Assembly (NCBI GenBank): GCA_020632375.1
Contig: JACKFR010000002.1
Span: 118,771-182,770, forward strand
Length of the DNA stretch: 64,000 nucleotides
Direction of reading: 5' to 3'
Source of the DNA: Candidatus Nomurabacteria bacterium
GTDB taxonomy: Bacteria > Patescibacteriota > Dojkabacteria > SC72 > JAHDCA01
Of the stretch, positions 62,361 to 64,000 are shown piece after piece. Position numbers and translations under genes: made by a program. The notes below the pieces were generated by a model. The model worked only from the letters and a program-made list of their open reading frames with translations. It was not told the DNA's origin and did not search any database. The number at the start of each line of letters is the position of its first letter. Within the stretch, counting starts at the first letter, position 1.

Positions 62361-64000
62361 TTACTTAATATTTATTTCACTGTTCTGGTAGATTGTATCA
62401 AGAATTGAGTCTCTGCGTGAATCATCTGCCAATTCCGTTTGCAAGTCCTGTGGTATATATGTTGCTATTGTCTCGTAGCCAATGTATTTCTTGCCGTAAA
62501 ACACATGTCTTACCATAATGCCTTCTCTGACATAGTCTCCCTGCGTTTGGTCAAAGAGCACATTTCCAAGCCCATAAAAGATTACGCCTTTTTTGTAATA
62601 CTCAATTCCCTGGACTGTATGTGGGTGAACGCCGTTAATAATATCTGCACCTGCATCAATAGCTGCACGACCGTACTCCTGTTGCTCAGGAATAGCATAA
62701 TTTATATACTCTTGACCCCATTGCATGTCTACAATTACAAAATCTGCTTCAGACTTTGCTTTCTCGATATCTTCATTGAGATACTTTTTATCGTTTCCAT
62801 ACTGATTGGGAGCAGCGTTGCCCGGAAGCGTGGCTGTAGCGTAATAGTCTGCAGGAGGAATGAAATTAAATCCAACAAAAGCAATCTTTATCCCGTTTAC
62901 TTTGATTACTTTTGGAGTATGTGCATCATCAAAATCTTTTCCTCCACCGAAATAAACAAGATTGTTTTTCGTAAATAGGTCTAAAGTATCTAATAAAGCC
63001 TGTGTGCCGTAATCACGAATATGATTTCCGGTAAGTCCTACTATATCTATGCCTGCGAAAGTAAGCATTTCAAATGAATCAAGTGTCCCGCAAAATACAA
63101 GGGTGTACGTAGACTGATCGCAGTTCGGCGAAAACGATGCTTCATTGCTTAAATGTGCAATATCTGCCTCACGCAGAGTATCAGCAATGCCTCTAATTGG
63201 AAAAAGGTTGTCTCCTCTTTCATTAATTACAATAAAATGAGTTCTTCCACCGACAACAGAAGTCCCTGTCAGGATTACGTCAGTTGTATTACCCATTTCA
63301 TAATTTGGATCTCCTAATCCAGCTTTCAAGTCTGTTTTAAGCTGATCGGTTAAATCCGAGTCAGAGCCTTTTACCCAATATGTATCGGTAAGTGGATATA
63401 CTGTTGGATTAAAATCTTTATGAAGAGGAGTTTGATCGTCTATTGGTAGTATTTTGTATAGAGGCTTTGCTTCATCGAAAGGTATAATCGCAATTACTTT
63501 GTTGCTTGAGACTAACTGATCATGAATTTGTTCGGCTGTTCGGAATTGCTGGCCTACCACTGTGTTGTATTTCGATTTCATGAAATCATCTGTATTTTCA
63601 TCCCAGATAATATCCATCCCTTTTATTTGTTGGTTTGCTAGGCCAGTTTCAAGCTCTTGGCTTGTTAGTTCTTGAATTGTTGAGTCAAACCTTGTCACTG
63701 GGATATATAGTCTCGACCAAGCTAGGCTGTATTGAGATGTGTCGTCTAAGTTGCGGGAGAGATTGACATCGCAGTCCTCTACTGATTCTTTTACCGATAC
63801 TTCAAAATTATCAGGATTCCATTCAGAAAGCTGCTTTGAAACTGAGTTTGAGCTTTCAATTGAGTTACATATCAAAAGTGAAGGAGTTCTTCCAGTGTCT
63901 AATTGGGCTGAAGAAGTATCATTTGTTGAGCTGCCTTTGCTTGCGGGGTGATTTGCATAGTAATAGCCTCCTCCGACTAATCCTAGGAAGATAAAAACTA
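62361..64000 (-). CDS. CapA/PGA_cap-family metallophosphatase-like protein; the 5' end runs off the window
   Basis: Motifs are VGLTGNHIRDYG, ADFVIVDMQWGQEY and DAGADIINGVHPHTVQGIEYY...FYGLGNVLFDQ. The frame stays open upstream of the track's TTG (63875) to position 64000, where it encodes a TM segment (VFIFLGLVGGGYYY). Confidence 0.8.
   Translation of the reverse strand, partial: VFIFLGLVGGGYYYANHPASKGSSTNDTSSAQLDTGRTPSLLICNSIESSNSVSKQLSEWNPDNFEVSVKESVEDCDVNLSRNLDDTSQYSLAWSRLYIPVTRFDSTIQELTSQELETGLANQQIKGMDIIWDENTDDFMKSKYNTVVGQQFRTAEQIHDQLVSSNKVIAIIPFDEAKPLYKILPIDDQTPLHKDFNPTVYPLTDTYWVKGSDSDLTDQLKTDLKAGLGDPNYEMGNTTDVILTGTSVVGGRTHFIVINERGDNLFPIRGIADTLREADIAHLSNEASFSPNCDQSTYTLVFCGTLDSFEMLTFAGIDIVGLTGNHIRDYGTQALLDTLDLFTKNNLVYFGGGKDFDDAHTPKVIKVNGIKIAFVGFNFIPPADYYATATLPGNAAPNQYGNDKKYLNEDIEKAKSEADFVIVDMQWGQEYINYAIPEQQEYGRAAIDAGADIINGVHPHTVQGIEYYKKGVIFYGLGNVLFDQTQGDYVREGIMVRHVFYGKKYIGYETIATYIPQDLQTELADDSRRDSILDTIYQNSEINIK

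Noticed and set aside
1-64000. CRISPR arrays, rRNA genes, transposases, integrases, phage genes, toxin-antitoxin pairs and defence-system ATPases or nucleases
   Set aside because: I scanned the ORF products and the intergenic gaps. No regularly spaced direct repeats, no recombinase or transposase motifs and no defence-like gene clusters were found. Only the two tRNAs and the T-box leader were seen as RNA features.

Overview
This is an AT-rich, very gene-dense bacterial chromosome segment with about 60 genes, short intergenic gaps and many 4-nt start/stop overlaps. All calls rest on my reading of the sequence and ORF track and on remembered family motifs. No database search was run. The gene content suggests a small-genome, possibly Patescibacteria/CPR-like organism, but that is inference only: ThrRS lacks a TGS domain, there are many RNA-modification and translation genes, and no biosynthetic operons were seen.

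Housekeeping content:
- The conserved thrS-infC-rpmI-rplT-pheS-pheT block.
- rsmD, a SpoU/TrmH methyltransferase, lexA, recG, rarA, truB, rsmI, tatD, trmB, clpC, cmk, pyk and secG.
- tRNA-Leu(UAA) and tRNA-Cys(GCA).
- Edge-truncated genes at both ends: an M16 peptidase at the left and a CapA-like protein at the right.
- No rRNA, CRISPR array, transposase, integrase or prophage signal was seen.

Features found by reading outside the ORF track:
- A Tyr-specific T-box leader with its attenuator, upstream of a TyrRS that carries an N-terminal PheRS-type B3/4 domain.
- Three 10-bp-phased GTGG(G/C/T) MraZ boxes.
- A 35-aa ORF wedged between two genes.
- An in-frame TGA splitting a PgeF/YfiH-like gene.
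- A frame-disrupted ftsW.

The most interesting region is a scattered, non-canonical cell-wall precursor locus at about 27-55 kb, especially 36.3-49.9 kb:
- An N-terminally truncated MurE-like ligase is translationally coupled to an ATE/Bpt-family aminoacyl-tRNA transferase homologue, followed by an Mpl-like ligase.
- A MurF-like ligase has its UDP-binding domain replaced by three TM helices and is co-transcribed with a DegT aminotransferase and a FemAB transferase.
- The canonical MraY sits in an operon with a cytoplasmic NlpC/P60-like enzyme, an ATP-grasp ligase and a ThrC-like PLP enzyme. This operon is divergent from a LysW-like zinc-ribbon protein that may be a carrier protein.
- A second MraY paralogue, next to murA, lacks two of the catalytic Asp residues.
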